IMG/VR virus record: IMGVR_UViG_3300014137_000003
Source: a virus
Reading direction: 5' to 3' (one strand)
Length of the DNA: 64,000 bases
Shown: one piece after another, positions 44,715 through 53,761 of the stretch
Numbering within the stretch: the stretch's first letter is position 1
How the letters are laid out: every line of letters starts with the position of its first letter
The notes under the pieces: generated by a model
What the model saw: the letters and a program-made list of their open reading frames with translations, nothing else
The model's database searches: none
Told to the model about the DNA's origin: nothing
Program-made: the position numbers and the translations under genes

Positions 44715-45758
44715 ATGACTAATTTTATAACTGTAAGCAGTCAAGGTGGTTCATCAAAGACTGTAGTGAATGTAAATTCACTTAATCGTGTTTCTTACCA
44801 CCTTAGTAAGTCAGCTCGTGAAGTAGTTGAATGTTATCTTAACTACGGAGTGTTGGGGTTATTTAAAGGAAATGATTTTTATTCTGTTTTAGACGTTAAT
44901 GGTTCCAATATTAACACTTTAGACTCCATTGATGAAGTAGAGGACAAATTAAATGGAGTAGTAGGTAGTGGTCACGGTATGTTTTATATCCCTAATGCTG
45001 TGTTAAAGTCAAATGAGGAAGTCTTATCTAGACCTTACATGTTAGCTAGTTACATGAGCGAGTTTGCACATTTTGTTTACAAAGATAAGGTATTTCGAGG
45101 ACCAGATAAAGACGTAAGTTTGGCTTGGACAGACGAGATGCTTAATTCGTTAATTTCTCATTATAGAGATTATGCAAAAGAGATACCAGAAGATTTTGTT
45201 TACGAGTTTTCTTGTCCTTTAGATTATTTTCCAACAGATCGTGTTGAATTTATCAAAGGAAAGCCTTGTATAGGTATTCCTTTAAAGATTGCTAAGAATC
45301 TAAAAATTGGAACAGATTTCGGAATATCACTTATAACAGACTTATCTAGCTTTGATTTGAAGTATATAACTGCTAAGAGGTGTGTATCTCCTAGTCGTGT
45401 ATCTGATGAAGGGAAGGGTAGTGTAGTAGGTGTAAGTGATTATAATAGTGTTCTAGTTGACATTTCTTTCCCGTTTAAAGTAATACTAACTGTAGAATTC
45501 CTTATTAAGTATATGGTAATTATTTTAAAGGAAGCTTGTGGAGTAGACTATGCAGAGAAGTTTTTAGATGGTTTGTTCACTGTTCTTTGTGATGTTGAGA
45601 CTGGTGGGCTATTTGATTGTTTGTCTAGCAGTCAGGCAGCGGACTACCTTGAAGTTAAAAACAAGTCTACTGTAAGTGCTGATTCTTATACGGTTAAGGG
45701 CGATTACGCTTATGTACCCCTAAAGGTAAATTTGGGAGGTAGTTATGGCAAACTATAA
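44715..45758 (+). CDS. Hypothetical protein (start uncertain: ATG 44715 or GTG 44619)
   Basis: Long ORF. The first 32 codons of the track version are hydrophobic or odd and lack an RBS. Confidence 0.6.
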   Translation: MTNFITVSSQGGSSKTVVNVNSLNRVSYHLSKSAREVVECYLNYGVLGLFKGNDFYSVLDVNGSNINTLDSIDEVEDKLNGVVGSGHGMFYIPNAVLKSNEEVLSRPYMLASYMSEFAHFVYKDKVFRGPDKDVSLAWTDEMLNSLISHYRDYAKEIPEDFVYEFSCPLDYFPTDRVEFIKGKPCIGIPLKIAKNLKIGTDFGISLITDLSSFDLKYITAKRCVSPSRVSDEGKGSVVGVSDYNSVLVDISFPFKVILTVEFLIKYMVIILKEACGVDYAEKFLDGLFTVLCDVETGGLFDCLSSSQAADYLEVKNKSTVSADSYTVKGDYAYVPLKVNLGGSYGKL

Positions 45759-46539
45759 GTCCTCAACAAACCAAGTAGGGGTATCTGTTATAGGCTCTTT
45801 ATTTTCTACTACAGATTATTCTCTATTTAAGAAAATGAAAGGTAATCGTAGCGTAAGCTCTAACTCCAACCTAGAAGAAGAAATCAAGGAAATGGGACAG
45901 CTTTCTCCCGTTTTGGTAAATAGTCGGTATGAAATTATTGATGGTCAGCATCGTGTAGAAGTGTTAAAGAAACTTAACATGCCAGTTATCTTTATTATTT
46001 CTGACCATATTGTTCCTCGTACTGTAATATCTATTAACTCTACTCAACGTAATTGGAAAGATGAAGATTACCTCAACTTCCATAAAGAGAGGGGCATCGG
46101 TTCTTATATTAGGTTTGCTAAAATCTATAGCCAGTATAAGGATTATGTAGCTCTAACTGTTTTGATTGATATGGTATGCAGTGATAAACAAGTCTTTAAG
46201 CGGGGAGACATGGTAATTAAGGATGAAGTAACTCTACTTGCTAAGTTATCATTCTTGAAAGAGTTTGCTCTTAAAACCGAAGTACATAAGCTTAGGCAGA
46301 CCTTGCAGATTGCTTTACTTCGTTTTATATCTATCGAGGGTATTAGTAAGACACGTCTTATTGACAAGTTTATCGCTTTAGGTATGCCTAGGAAGATGCA
46401 CCTCTTTAGGAACAGGGAACAAGCTTTTGAGGTTTTGGTAGTAGAGGTTTATAACCATAAGCTGAAACCTAGCAGCTCAAATTATATTCCGTACTACTAT
46501 AGTAGTACAAAAACTTTAATTGTTGGTGTTAAGGAGTAG
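45745..46539 (+). CDS. ParB N-terminal-domain (ParB-like nuclease/DGQHR) protein
   Basis: GQLSPVLVNSRYEIIDGQHRVEVLKKLNMPV matches the ParB/Srx fold box. GGGAGG RBS. Confidence 0.6.
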   Translation: MANYKSSTNQVGVSVIGSLFSTTDYSLFKKMKGNRSVSSNSNLEEEIKEMGQLSPVLVNSRYEIIDGQHRVEVLKKLNMPVIFIISDHIVPRTVISINSTQRNWKDEDYLNFHKERGIGSYIRFAKIYSQYKDYVALTVLIDMVCSDKQVFKRGDMVIKDEVTLLAKLSFLKEFALKTEVHKLRQTLQIALLRFISIEGISKTRLIDKFIALGMPRKMHLFRNREQAFEVLVVEVYNHKLKPSSSNYIPYYYSSTKTLIVGVKE

Positions 46540-46572
46540 AACCAAACTATCTTAAGGATAGTAAATAAAGAA

Positions 46573-46602
46573 ATAGCTTGTCTAAGTAGACTGGCTATTT
46601 TT
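46573..46602 (+). terminator. Rho-independent terminator
   Basis: ATAGCTTGTCT..AGACTGGCTAT long stem and T5. Confidence 0.65.
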
Positions 46603-46611
46603 ATATAGCTT

Positions 46612-46636
46612 TGCTAAAATAGTATTATAAAAATTA
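46612..46636 (+). promoter_or_regulatory. Extended -10 TGcTAAAAT plus conserved downstream block
   Basis: 22-nt identity with 9845-9866. Precedes the family A tandem array. Confidence 0.6.
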
Positions 46637-46650
46637 AAGGTTTAAAATTT

Positions 46651-47046
46651 ATGGAAAATAGTACACTACAAAACTATCTAAAGGAAGGTCGCATTACTGC
46701 TCTTGAGCGAGGTTTGTGCTTAGAAGAATCTCTAGGGTTTGCTGATGGGCATTTTGAGTTTAGTGAGTTAGATTGGTCTGATGAACCTAATGGTCAAACT
46801 GCCTTAGAACAATATCGTAAGTTCGTAGGGATTGCTTGGTCTTATTCATCCCTAGTAGGGGTAGTTTTTAAGGAAAAACAATCCGTTACACATACTACAA
46901 CTATTGTATTCTATAATGATTTTTACCGAGTTCAGGTAGAATCTTTCGATATGGAAGAAGAATCAAAACACAACAACTCAGGGGTATTCAAGGAGTATGT
47001 TGATGCTCTTACGTTTGCTTATAGTGTAGTAAAAGGAGAAGATTAG
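46651..47046 (+). CDS. Paralog family A protein (copy 1)
   Basis: ~130 aa. Shares the N-terminal ..S.LQ.(H/Y)L.. box, the central hhhYxxxY(F/Y)xVQV strand and C-terminal Y..AL.(F/Y).Y with four other ORFs. Confidence 0.65.
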   Translation: MENSTLQNYLKEGRITALERGLCLEESLGFADGHFEFSELDWSDEPNGQTALEQYRKFVGIAWSYSSLVGVVFKEKQSVTHTTTIVFYNDFYRVQVESFDMEEESKHNNSGVFKEYVDALTFAYSVVKGED

Positions 47047-47047
47047 T

Positions 47048-47437
47048 ATGGAACAGTTTAAAAATAGTCCTATAAAGGCTCATTTACATGGTCAACAAAA
47101 GCAGTGGTTGTCTGGTCTTGAAGTCAAATTACAGTTGGGTATAAGTCAAGGATTTTATTTTGCTAAATATTTCCAAAAGTATGTGCAATGGAAGTCTGAA
47201 GAAGATTTCGATAAATTCTTATCTTATTGTAAGACTGCTCCAGTTGTTTGCAGTACTCTAGATATGTCAGAAGTTTCCTACCGTATTGGGATTGTATTCT
47301 ATGGGGGAGACTACTTTGTTTACCTAAGAAAGATTGCTCAAGGAGGGAATATCACTAAATACACCCTCTCAACTAAGACTTATGGAGAGGCTCTTGAGTG
47401 GCTGAACGAGATGATTTTTAATCAAGGGGAAGATTAG
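47048..47437 (+). CDS. Paralog family A protein (copy 2, most divergent)
   Basis: Same length and layout (IVFYGGDYFVYL, YGEALEWLN). Starts 2 nt after the upstream stop. Confidence 0.6.
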   Translation: MEQFKNSPIKAHLHGQQKQWLSGLEVKLQLGISQGFYFAKYFQKYVQWKSEEDFDKFLSYCKTAPVVCSTLDMSEVSYRIGIVFYGGDYFVYLRKIAQGGNITKYTLSTKTYGEALEWLNEMIFNQGED

Positions 47438-47438
47438 T

Positions 47439-47828
47439 ATGGAACAAGAAATCAAAGTATGTTCTCTTCAACAACACTTGGATAGAGGGCGTATTCCATT
47501 TTACGAAGATGCTCTAAATCTTAAGGCAACCATAGGTTTTCCTTATGAAGAGTTTGAACGTTTAACTTATATGAGCGATTTCCGATATTTGGATTACAAC
47601 GAGTTTGTTGAGTATGGAAGAGAAGCAGCCACTGTTAGTGGCGAATATTATAATAAGGAAAGAGAGATAGACTTTGACATTACTATCATTCTTTATGATG
47701 ATATGTACTTTACGCAAGTAGGGGAGAACGGAAAAGAAGATACTTACCAGTGGTGTAGCTCATTTCAAAATTACCTCTCTGCTTTAGAGTACTTGTATGG
47801 AGTGGCTGTTAAGGGGTATATAGTATGA
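47439..47828 (+). CDS. Paralog family A protein (copy 3)
   Basis: CSLQQHL, LNLKATIGFPY, ILYDDMYFTQV, YLSALEYLY. Confidence 0.65.
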   Translation: MEQEIKVCSLQQHLDRGRIPFYEDALNLKATIGFPYEEFERLTYMSDFRYLDYNEFVEYGREAATVSGEYYNKEREIDFDITIILYDDMYFTQVGENGKEDTYQWCSSFQNYLSALEYLYGVAVKGYIV

Positions 47829-48205
47829 ACCAAGAAAATAATGTAAGTTCTTTGCAAGAACATTTGAAGGGTGCTGATATTTCTGTTTGGGAGACTGCCT
47901 TAAATCTTAAAGCAACCAAAGGTTTTCCTTACTTTGACTATAGGTACTCGAAATTTGATTGGGAGTACGAGATAGACTATAATAACTTTATTGACTTTGG
48001 TCGTACAGCTAACTCCCTCGGAGGTAGTTATTATGATAGTCGTAAAGGTGTTAGGTACGATACTACTATTATGCTATATAATGGCAAGTATTATGTACAG
48101 GTTGATAAAAAGGAGGATGGGGGTTGCACTGAGTTCTATTATGATCATTATTCAGACTATCGAACAGCTTTGAATTATGCTTATAGAATAGTATTTAACG
48201 ATTAG
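47825..48205 (+). CDS. Paralog family A protein (copy 4)
   Basis: SSLQEHL, LNLKATKGFPY, MLYNGKYYVQV, YRTALNYAY. ATGA overlap with copy 3. Confidence 0.65.
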   Translation: MNQENNVSSLQEHLKGADISVWETALNLKATKGFPYFDYRYSKFDWEYEIDYNNFIDFGRTANSLGGSYYDSRKGVRYDTTIMLYNGKYYVQVDKKEDGGCTEFYYDHYSDYRTALNYAYRIVFND

Positions 48206-48226
48206 TGGAATATAAGCAACAAAGAA

Positions 48227-48250
48227 AGTCCCTTAAAGGGGCTTTTATTT
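48227..48250 (+). terminator. Rho-independent terminator
   Basis: AGTCCC-TTAAA-GGGGCT stem-loop and a T-rich run. Near-identical to the one at 53683. Confidence 0.7.
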
Positions 48251-48358
48251 ATTTTGTGAATAGGGTATAATAAAATAGAAATATTTATTTTTTGCTTATG
48301 GGGGTATCTTCCTTACCCCTAGTAGTAAACTTTATAAAAGAAAGGCTAACTGTATAGA

Positions 48359-49678
48359 ATGATTAAACTAAGAGATTATCAACAAGAAATTTTCAACAGA
48401 GTTCTCGAACATGGCAAAGAAAACTCTATTATCCAACTTGCATCGGGTGCAGGTAAGTCTTATATTATTGCAAAATTGGCTGAGTTATATAAGGCTCAGG
48501 GTTTGGATGTAGTAGTTTTAGTTCCTTGGATAGTTGTTCGCTACCAGATTGTCGAATTATTAGAAGAGCATGGTATCAATGTACCTGTTTCATCTGCTAA
48601 TCTTGTAAATAGAAATAAGAATAAAATTAAAAACATTGATGTTTTCCTTATCGATGAGGCTCATCACTCTTCTGCAGACAGCTATCAAGAGGTCTTTAAG
48701 GCTTTCCCTGATGCTCAGCGTGTGGGTTTCTCAGCAACGCCTATGCGTAATGATGTTAAAGATTTGATTGGGGTATATCAAAACTTAATTCAGTCTGATG
48801 TTACTACAAAAGACTTGATTGACCGTGGTTATCTATCTAAGTTTGTTTACTATGCTCCTAGCAACTCCGATATTGCTAGCCATTCTATCTCAAAAGACAA
48901 GTTAAACGTAGGTAGTGGCTATTCTATTGACCGTGGAACTGTTCCTCTTACACGTACAGTTTATGGCGATGTGGTAGATACTTGGCTTAAGTATGGTAAA
49001 AATTATCAAACTGTCTTATTTGCTCCAGATGTTGAAACTTCTAAAAAGTATGCCCAGTTATTTGGGAAGAGGGGTATCCTAGCTGAAAGCATTGACTCTT
49101 CGATGACCTCAAAAGAAGTTGCTAGCATTATAGACCGTTATCGTAAGGGTGAGATTAAAATCCTCTGCAATTATAACATGATTTCAGAAGGTTTTGATAT
49201 GAAGGAGTGTGACTGCGTAATACTAACTTCAACTACTTTCTCTTATCCGATGTTTTACCAGCGTGCTTATCGAGCTCTCCGTAAGAATGGTAATAGACAT
49301 GCAATTGTTATCGACCATGGTGACAATGTTTTCGTTCACGGTATGCTAGATGACATCAAATACTATTCTCTTACTGAATCTGAAGAACGCAAACAAAGAG
49401 AGGAGCGTGAAAAGGTATTTGATAGAGCGGGTTCCGACTGGGCATTCGATGAGATTTTGGGCGTTGAGTTAGAAGAGGTCTATCGATATGGCAAAGGTTA
49501 CGACTCCAAGTACGATAAACTCGTAGATAAGGCTAACTCTCTAGCTAACATGGAAGGTTTCATGCTATTAGTTCAGGTACAGACTGAGTTGAAGATTGTA
49601 TCTGCACCAGGTCAGCCTGCTTGGGCTTATGCCTATGCCTTGTCTAAGGGGTATGAAGGCATCCCAGTTATGGAGTAG
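48359..49678 (+). CDS. SF2 DEAH-box helicase (type III restriction Res-subunit-like)
   Basis: LRDYQQE, motif I ASGAGKSY, II LIDEAHHS, III FSATP, V ISEGFDM, VI QRAYRALR. Confidence 0.85.
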   Translation: MIKLRDYQQEIFNRVLEHGKENSIIQLASGAGKSYIIAKLAELYKAQGLDVVVLVPWIVVRYQIVELLEEHGINVPVSSANLVNRNKNKIKNIDVFLIDEAHHSSADSYQEVFKAFPDAQRVGFSATPMRNDVKDLIGVYQNLIQSDVTTKDLIDRGYLSKFVYYAPSNSDIASHSISKDKLNVGSGYSIDRGTVPLTRTVYGDVVDTWLKYGKNYQTVLFAPDVETSKKYAQLFGKRGILAESIDSSMTSKEVASIIDRYRKGEIKILCNYNMISEGFDMKECDCVILTSTTFSYPMFYQRAYRALRKNGNRHAIVIDHGDNVFVHGMLDDIKYYSLTESEERKQREEREKVFDRAGSDWAFDEILGVELEEVYRYGKGYDSKYDKLVDKANSLANMEGFMLLVQVQTELKIVSAPGQPAWAYAYALSKGYEGIPVME

Positions 49679-49688
49679 GGGGTATTAG

Positions 49689-50462
49689 ATGGGTATTCAT
49701 ATTAAAAGCACCAAGGAGGTTTTTATTACACCTTCTCTACCTAGTTCTTTCCCTTATGTAAAAGTTATAAATGGTTCTTTGTTTATTCGAATAAATGATC
49801 ACCGTACTCCTTATATTTCTTTAGAAAATTATCTAAGTGTTATGGAGTCTCACGGTGTAGTTGTAAAAACTACAGAAGAGTTGTCCTCAGCGTTAGGGGT
49901 ATCTATGATAGAAGTGGCGGATAATGTATTTCTAATAAATGGTTCTTTGCATAAGATATTCTCTTTGAAGACACTTTTAAGTGCGATAAATATAAGTAGA
50001 AGTTTTGCTTTAAAGTGTAAGGAAAATCATTTTTTGTATTATGATGTATTCAAAGACTTATTCAGAGATTACGCAAGGTCTAAAAGGTCTAAAAGGTCTG
50101 GAGCTAAAAAACCTGTAAAAGATTTTAATGGTAGGGTTTTCCCATCACAGACTGCTATGTTAGAGTTCTATGGTATTCCTTCAGGAACTTTTAATTCAAG
50201 AATGAGAAGTGGGTTTTCTTTAAAAGATTCTTTAACTTTACCTCAACTAAAGAAATCTAATAAAGTTAAGTGCAAAGACCATAAAGGTCGGGTTTTTTCT
50301 TCCATAAATGCTATGGCAGACTTCTATGGTATCGCCCCTCAAACTCTAAGGTACAGGTTAAAGAAAGGACTTTTTATAAAAGATGCTCTAACTAAACCTA
50401 TACAGGTCGAAATGGCTAGAAATAAAGGAGGTAGGCGTGTCTCTAGTAGGGAATCAAAATAA
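49689..50462 (+). CDS. Paralog family B protein with 2 HTH-like ~42-aa repeats
   Basis: N-domain FITPSLPSSFPYVKV..PYISLENYLSVMESHGVVVKTTEELS. Repeats KDFNGRVFPSQTAMLEFYGIPSGTFNSRMRSGFSLKDSLT and KDHKGRVFSSINAMADFYGIAPQTLRYRLKKG. Confidence 0.6.
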   Translation: MGIHIKSTKEVFITPSLPSSFPYVKVINGSLFIRINDHRTPYISLENYLSVMESHGVVVKTTEELSSALGVSMIEVADNVFLINGSLHKIFSLKTLLSAINISRSFALKCKENHFLYYDVFKDLFRDYARSKRSKRSGAKKPVKDFNGRVFPSQTAMLEFYGIPSGTFNSRMRSGFSLKDSLTLPQLKKSNKVKCKDHKGRVFSSINAMADFYGIAPQTLRYRLKKGLFIKDALTKPIQVEMARNKGGRRVSSRESK

Positions 50463-50534
50463 GGTAATCTACTAGAATGAAGTTAACTAGCAGTGGTTGC
50501 CTCTTATAGAGGGTCTAGTTTAAGGGGGTATTAA

Positions 50535-51104
50535 ATGGGTATTCTTTTCCGTAAGACTAGAGAGGTTTTTATTACTCCGACTTTGCCTAGTTCTTTTCCT
50601 TATGTGAAGGTTAAGGGTGATTCTTTGTTTATCGTAGTCGAAGGAAAGTCTCACCCCTACATCTCCTTAGAAAATTATTTAAGTGTTACGGAGTCTTACG
50701 GTGTAGTTGTTAGGACTACCGAAGAGCTATCAAAGGCTATAGGGGTATCTTTATTAGAGGTAGAGGACAATCTTTATTTACTTAATGGGAAGTTGTTTTC
50801 TATATACTCCTTATCTACACTATTAAGTGCTTTAGGTGTCCGTATCGGAACTGTAAATACTCAAAGGAAAAACTATGCTTTATACTACGATCTGTTTAAA
50901 GATTACTTTTCCAAAGGAAAGTTCCTTACTCAGAGAAAAGAGGGAATAGTAAAGGACTTCGAAGGAAGAGTTTTTAGCAGTATTTCTGAGATGTGTAGGT
51001 TTCACGGTATCAGCCTACAGACTTACTATCTAAGGAAAGAAAGAGGTCTGAAAGGGAAAGACTTATTTAGGAAAGGAAGGTTTAATCGTGGCACTAGTCG
51101 ATAA
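50535..51104 (+). CDS. Paralog family B protein with 1 HTH-like repeat
   Basis: N-domain nearly collinear with 49689 (FITPTLPSSFPYVKV, PYISLENYLSVTESYGVVVRTTEELS). One KDFEGRVFSSISEMCRFHGISLQTYYLRKERG repeat. Confidence 0.6.
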   Translation: MGILFRKTREVFITPTLPSSFPYVKVKGDSLFIVVEGKSHPYISLENYLSVTESYGVVVRTTEELSKAIGVSLLEVEDNLYLLNGKLFSIYSLSTLLSALGVRIGTVNTQRKNYALYYDLFKDYFSKGKFLTQRKEGIVKDFEGRVFSSISEMCRFHGISLQTYYLRKERGLKGKDLFRKGRFNRGTSR

Positions 51105-52083
51105 TATAAATAAGGTTATCTATTGGGACGAGGTAAACTGGCAGTGGTTTCCCTATATTAAGATTGAAGGTGAGAAGTTAAAAGTAAGGGATTTCAACCA
51201 AGGTATTAACATGTATAAAGATGTGCATTCCAGAGAAGAAATTATAGATCTTTTGTCAGAGGAGGGGTATCTGTTCTCTTCACTAAGTAGTTTAGGTGTA
51301 ACTGAGATTTCTAAGGGGTGTTACTTATATAATGGGACGATTTATAGAAAGATTGGAGAAGGTTCATTTAAGAATTTTTCTCAATTTCTATCTATGGTTA
51401 CGGGGTGGTCATTGGGTTATATTTATAAACAACTTAAGGGTTTAGGTGTAGTTTCTAAACAGTGGATAGAGGAATTAAACTCAAAAAAATCTAAGATTAC
51501 ATTTCAAGGAAAAGTTTATAATAGTTATTCGGAGTTTACTAAAGAATATGGACTTTCAAAGGCATATCTACATTCTAAACTGGATAAAGGTTTTAGCTTA
51601 GAGGAGATTGTTACTAATTATAAAAGCCCTAGAATGTCAATGAAGGATCATTTAGGGAATAAATTTAGCTCGGTAAATGAAATGGTAAAACATTGGGATA
51701 TCTCTTATTCTGCCTACAAAAGGCGTCTAGATAGGGGGTGGTCTTTAGAGAAGACTTTAACCACTCCTGTTAAAAAGAAGACTATAGTTAAAGAGTGCGT
51801 AGACTTTAAAGGTAATGTTTTTCCATCTATAAAAAGTATGGCTGAGAATTATGAAGTTCCATATTCTACCTTGTATAAACTTATAACTGGGGGTATGACT
51901 CCAGAAGAGGCTTTAGAATATTTATTATCTAAACGGGAAGTTACTGACCACTTAGGCAACTCTTTTACATCATATAATAAAATGGCAAAATTTTACGGAA
52001 TAAAGTCAGGAACCCTAAGCACACGTCTAAAGCGTGGTTGGACTTTAGAAGAGGCACTAACAGGTAAAAGAAAAGAGAGGTAA
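51088..52083 (+). CDS. Paralog family B protein with 4 HTH-like repeats
   Basis: GTG start after AGGAAGG. Four repeats, e.g. KDHLGNKFSSVNEMVKHWDISYSAYKRRLDRGWSLEKTLT and TDHLGNSFTSYNKMAKFYGIKSGTLSTRLKRGWTLEEALT. Confidence 0.6.
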   Translation: MALVDNINKVIYWDEVNWQWFPYIKIEGEKLKVRDFNQGINMYKDVHSREEIIDLLSEEGYLFSSLSSLGVTEISKGCYLYNGTIYRKIGEGSFKNFSQFLSMVTGWSLGYIYKQLKGLGVVSKQWIEELNSKKSKITFQGKVYNSYSEFTKEYGLSKAYLHSKLDKGFSLEEIVTNYKSPRMSMKDHLGNKFSSVNEMVKHWDISYSAYKRRLDRGWSLEKTLTTPVKKKTIVKECVDFKGNVFPSIKSMAENYEVPYSTLYKLITGGMTPEEALEYLLSKREVTDHLGNSFTSYNKMAKFYGIKSGTLSTRLKRGWTLEEALTGKRKER

Positions 52084-52095
52084 TAGTATATTTAA

Positions 52096-53682
52096 ATGGC
52101 GTTAAGGGATATAAAAAGAAAAATAGCTTATTGGGATGGTGTAAATATAACTTTCTTGCCGAATGTTACTCTAGGACCAAGGGGTAGTGGCTTGATGTAT
52201 AAGGGTAAGTTTTTCAAAGGAAAATTAGAGGAGTTAGTTCCACTAGTTGAGAAGGAGTACAAGTTAGTTACTTTTGATTCCTTGGGTCTAGATATAATGG
52301 AGGTAAAATCTAAGTGCTTTGTAGTAAAAGTTTTAGGGCAGTACCGTATAATTGAGACAGGAGCTCTAATTACTTTTATGTTAAACTATCTAACATTCTA
52401 TGGACGGGGTATTTCCCTAGAGTCTATTTCTACAAAGTATAGGGTAAATGACGTCCTTTCTATGACTTTACAGGACTTCATTAATTTCCCTCGCAAAGAG
52501 GAATTACTTCTAGGACTATCATCTGAGTTTGTTTTATATAACGGAGTTGTTTACCCTAGTTTAGATTACTTACAAAACCATCTTAAATTACAAGACTCTG
52601 ATATCTTTAAACTTTGTTGTAGTGGTTCAATTAAGGGTGAAGATCTCTTTAAGTTATCTGCCCCTTATGGCTCAGAGGAATTACAATCGGTAAGAAAGGT
52701 TGGCTCTAACCTTGTATTAGATTTCTCTGACGGTTCTTCTCCTTATATTGCACCAGAGTTATTCGAACTTTTTATGAGAAATGCAATACCTTTTAAACCC
52801 AGCTATGATTTAGGGAAAGGTGATCTAGGTATAAGGGATATAAATACGCTCTATACTGATTTTTACCTAAATAATTTTACTTTGAGAAAACATATTACAA
52901 AAACCAGAGGTTCTATATATGTAACTAAGAAGTACGAATCTTCTATATCTAACTATGTATCCTACTTCAAGGTAACAGGGAATGGTGAAATACTGTCTAG
53001 AATTTGTTTGTATTGTTATTATGAAGGTTTGTCTACTCTTTACAAATTAGGAATAAGTCAAGCAAAAGCTAAGTTAGTTTCCTTAGAAGGTTATTCTCTT
53101 TTTGAGAGTTTAGGAGAACGATTTAAAGAACATGTTAGAAGGTTTTCTGATTTATCTTATTCTGTTTCTCCTACTGTCAATCTAGAAAGGAAGAAAGTAC
53201 GTTTCTTAGGTAAGTCGTTCACAACTAACGTTTCTTTAGATAGTTACCTAAAAGAGATAGAAAATTTTCTTAAAGATACTCAAGAGTTTCTTACTGTGGT
53301 TAGATTTTTAGGGTTTACACTTCCTAGCAAAGATGTTTTCGTTAGCTTATACAGGAAGTCACAAGAAGGTAGGGTAATTTACAAAGACCATTTAGGTAAA
53401 GAGTTTATGCGTTTAGCAGATATGGCTGATGCGTGGGGTATCTCTGTTTTTGCTTTAAAATATAGACTTGGTAGAGGGTGGGATGTTGAGCGTGCTTTAA
53501 CTCAGCAAGAACCTAAGTCGTTATCTTTTCTTGGTGAGGAAATTAGAGATCACTTAGGAAATCAATATAAGTCTTTTAATGCTATGTGTAAAGCCTATGA
53601 TTTAAATCCCTCTACTGTTAAAGCTAGACTTAAAGGCGGAATGCCTTTAGAAGAAGCACTAACAAAAAGACCACGAAAGTAA
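52096..53682 (+). CDS. Paralog family B protein, long form, with 2 C-terminal HTH-like repeats
   Basis: N-terminus MALRDIKRKIAYWDGVN parallels MALVDNINKVIYWDEVN of 51088. Repeats KDHLGKEFMRLADMADAWGISVFALKYRLGRGWDVERALT and RDHLGNQYKSFNAMCKAYDLNPSTVKARLKGGMPLEEALT. Confidence 0.6.
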   Translation: MALRDIKRKIAYWDGVNITFLPNVTLGPRGSGLMYKGKFFKGKLEELVPLVEKEYKLVTFDSLGLDIMEVKSKCFVVKVLGQYRIIETGALITFMLNYLTFYGRGISLESISTKYRVNDVLSMTLQDFINFPRKEELLLGLSSEFVLYNGVVYPSLDYLQNHLKLQDSDIFKLCCSGSIKGEDLFKLSAPYGSEELQSVRKVGSNLVLDFSDGSSPYIAPELFELFMRNAIPFKPSYDLGKGDLGIRDINTLYTDFYLNNFTLRKHITKTRGSIYVTKKYESSISNYVSYFKVTGNGEILSRICLYCYYEGLSTLYKLGISQAKAKLVSLEGYSLFESLGERFKEHVRRFSDLSYSVSPTVNLERKKVRFLGKSFTTNVSLDSYLKEIENFLKDTQEFLTVVRFLGFTLPSKDVFVSLYRKSQEGRVIYKDHLGKEFMRLADMADAWGISVFALKYRLGRGWDVERALTQQEPKSLSFLGEEIRDHLGNQYKSFNAMCKAYDLNPSTVKARLKGGMPLEEALTKRPRK

Positions 53683-53712
53683 AGTCCCTTAAGGGGGCTT
53701 TATTTCTTTTTA
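53683..53712 (+). terminator. Rho-independent terminator
   Basis: AGTCCC-TTAAG-GGGGCT stem-loop and a T-rich run. Confidence 0.7.
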
Positions 53713-53718
53713 TCTCTA

Positions 53719-53727
53719 TGGTATAAT
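53719..53727 (+). promoter_or_regulatory. Extended -10 element TGgTATAAT
   Basis: Lies after the terminator at 53683, 35 nt before ATG 53762. Confidence 0.55.
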
Positions 53728-53761
53728 ATAGACATATTAAAATTACTAGGTGGAGGTCTTT

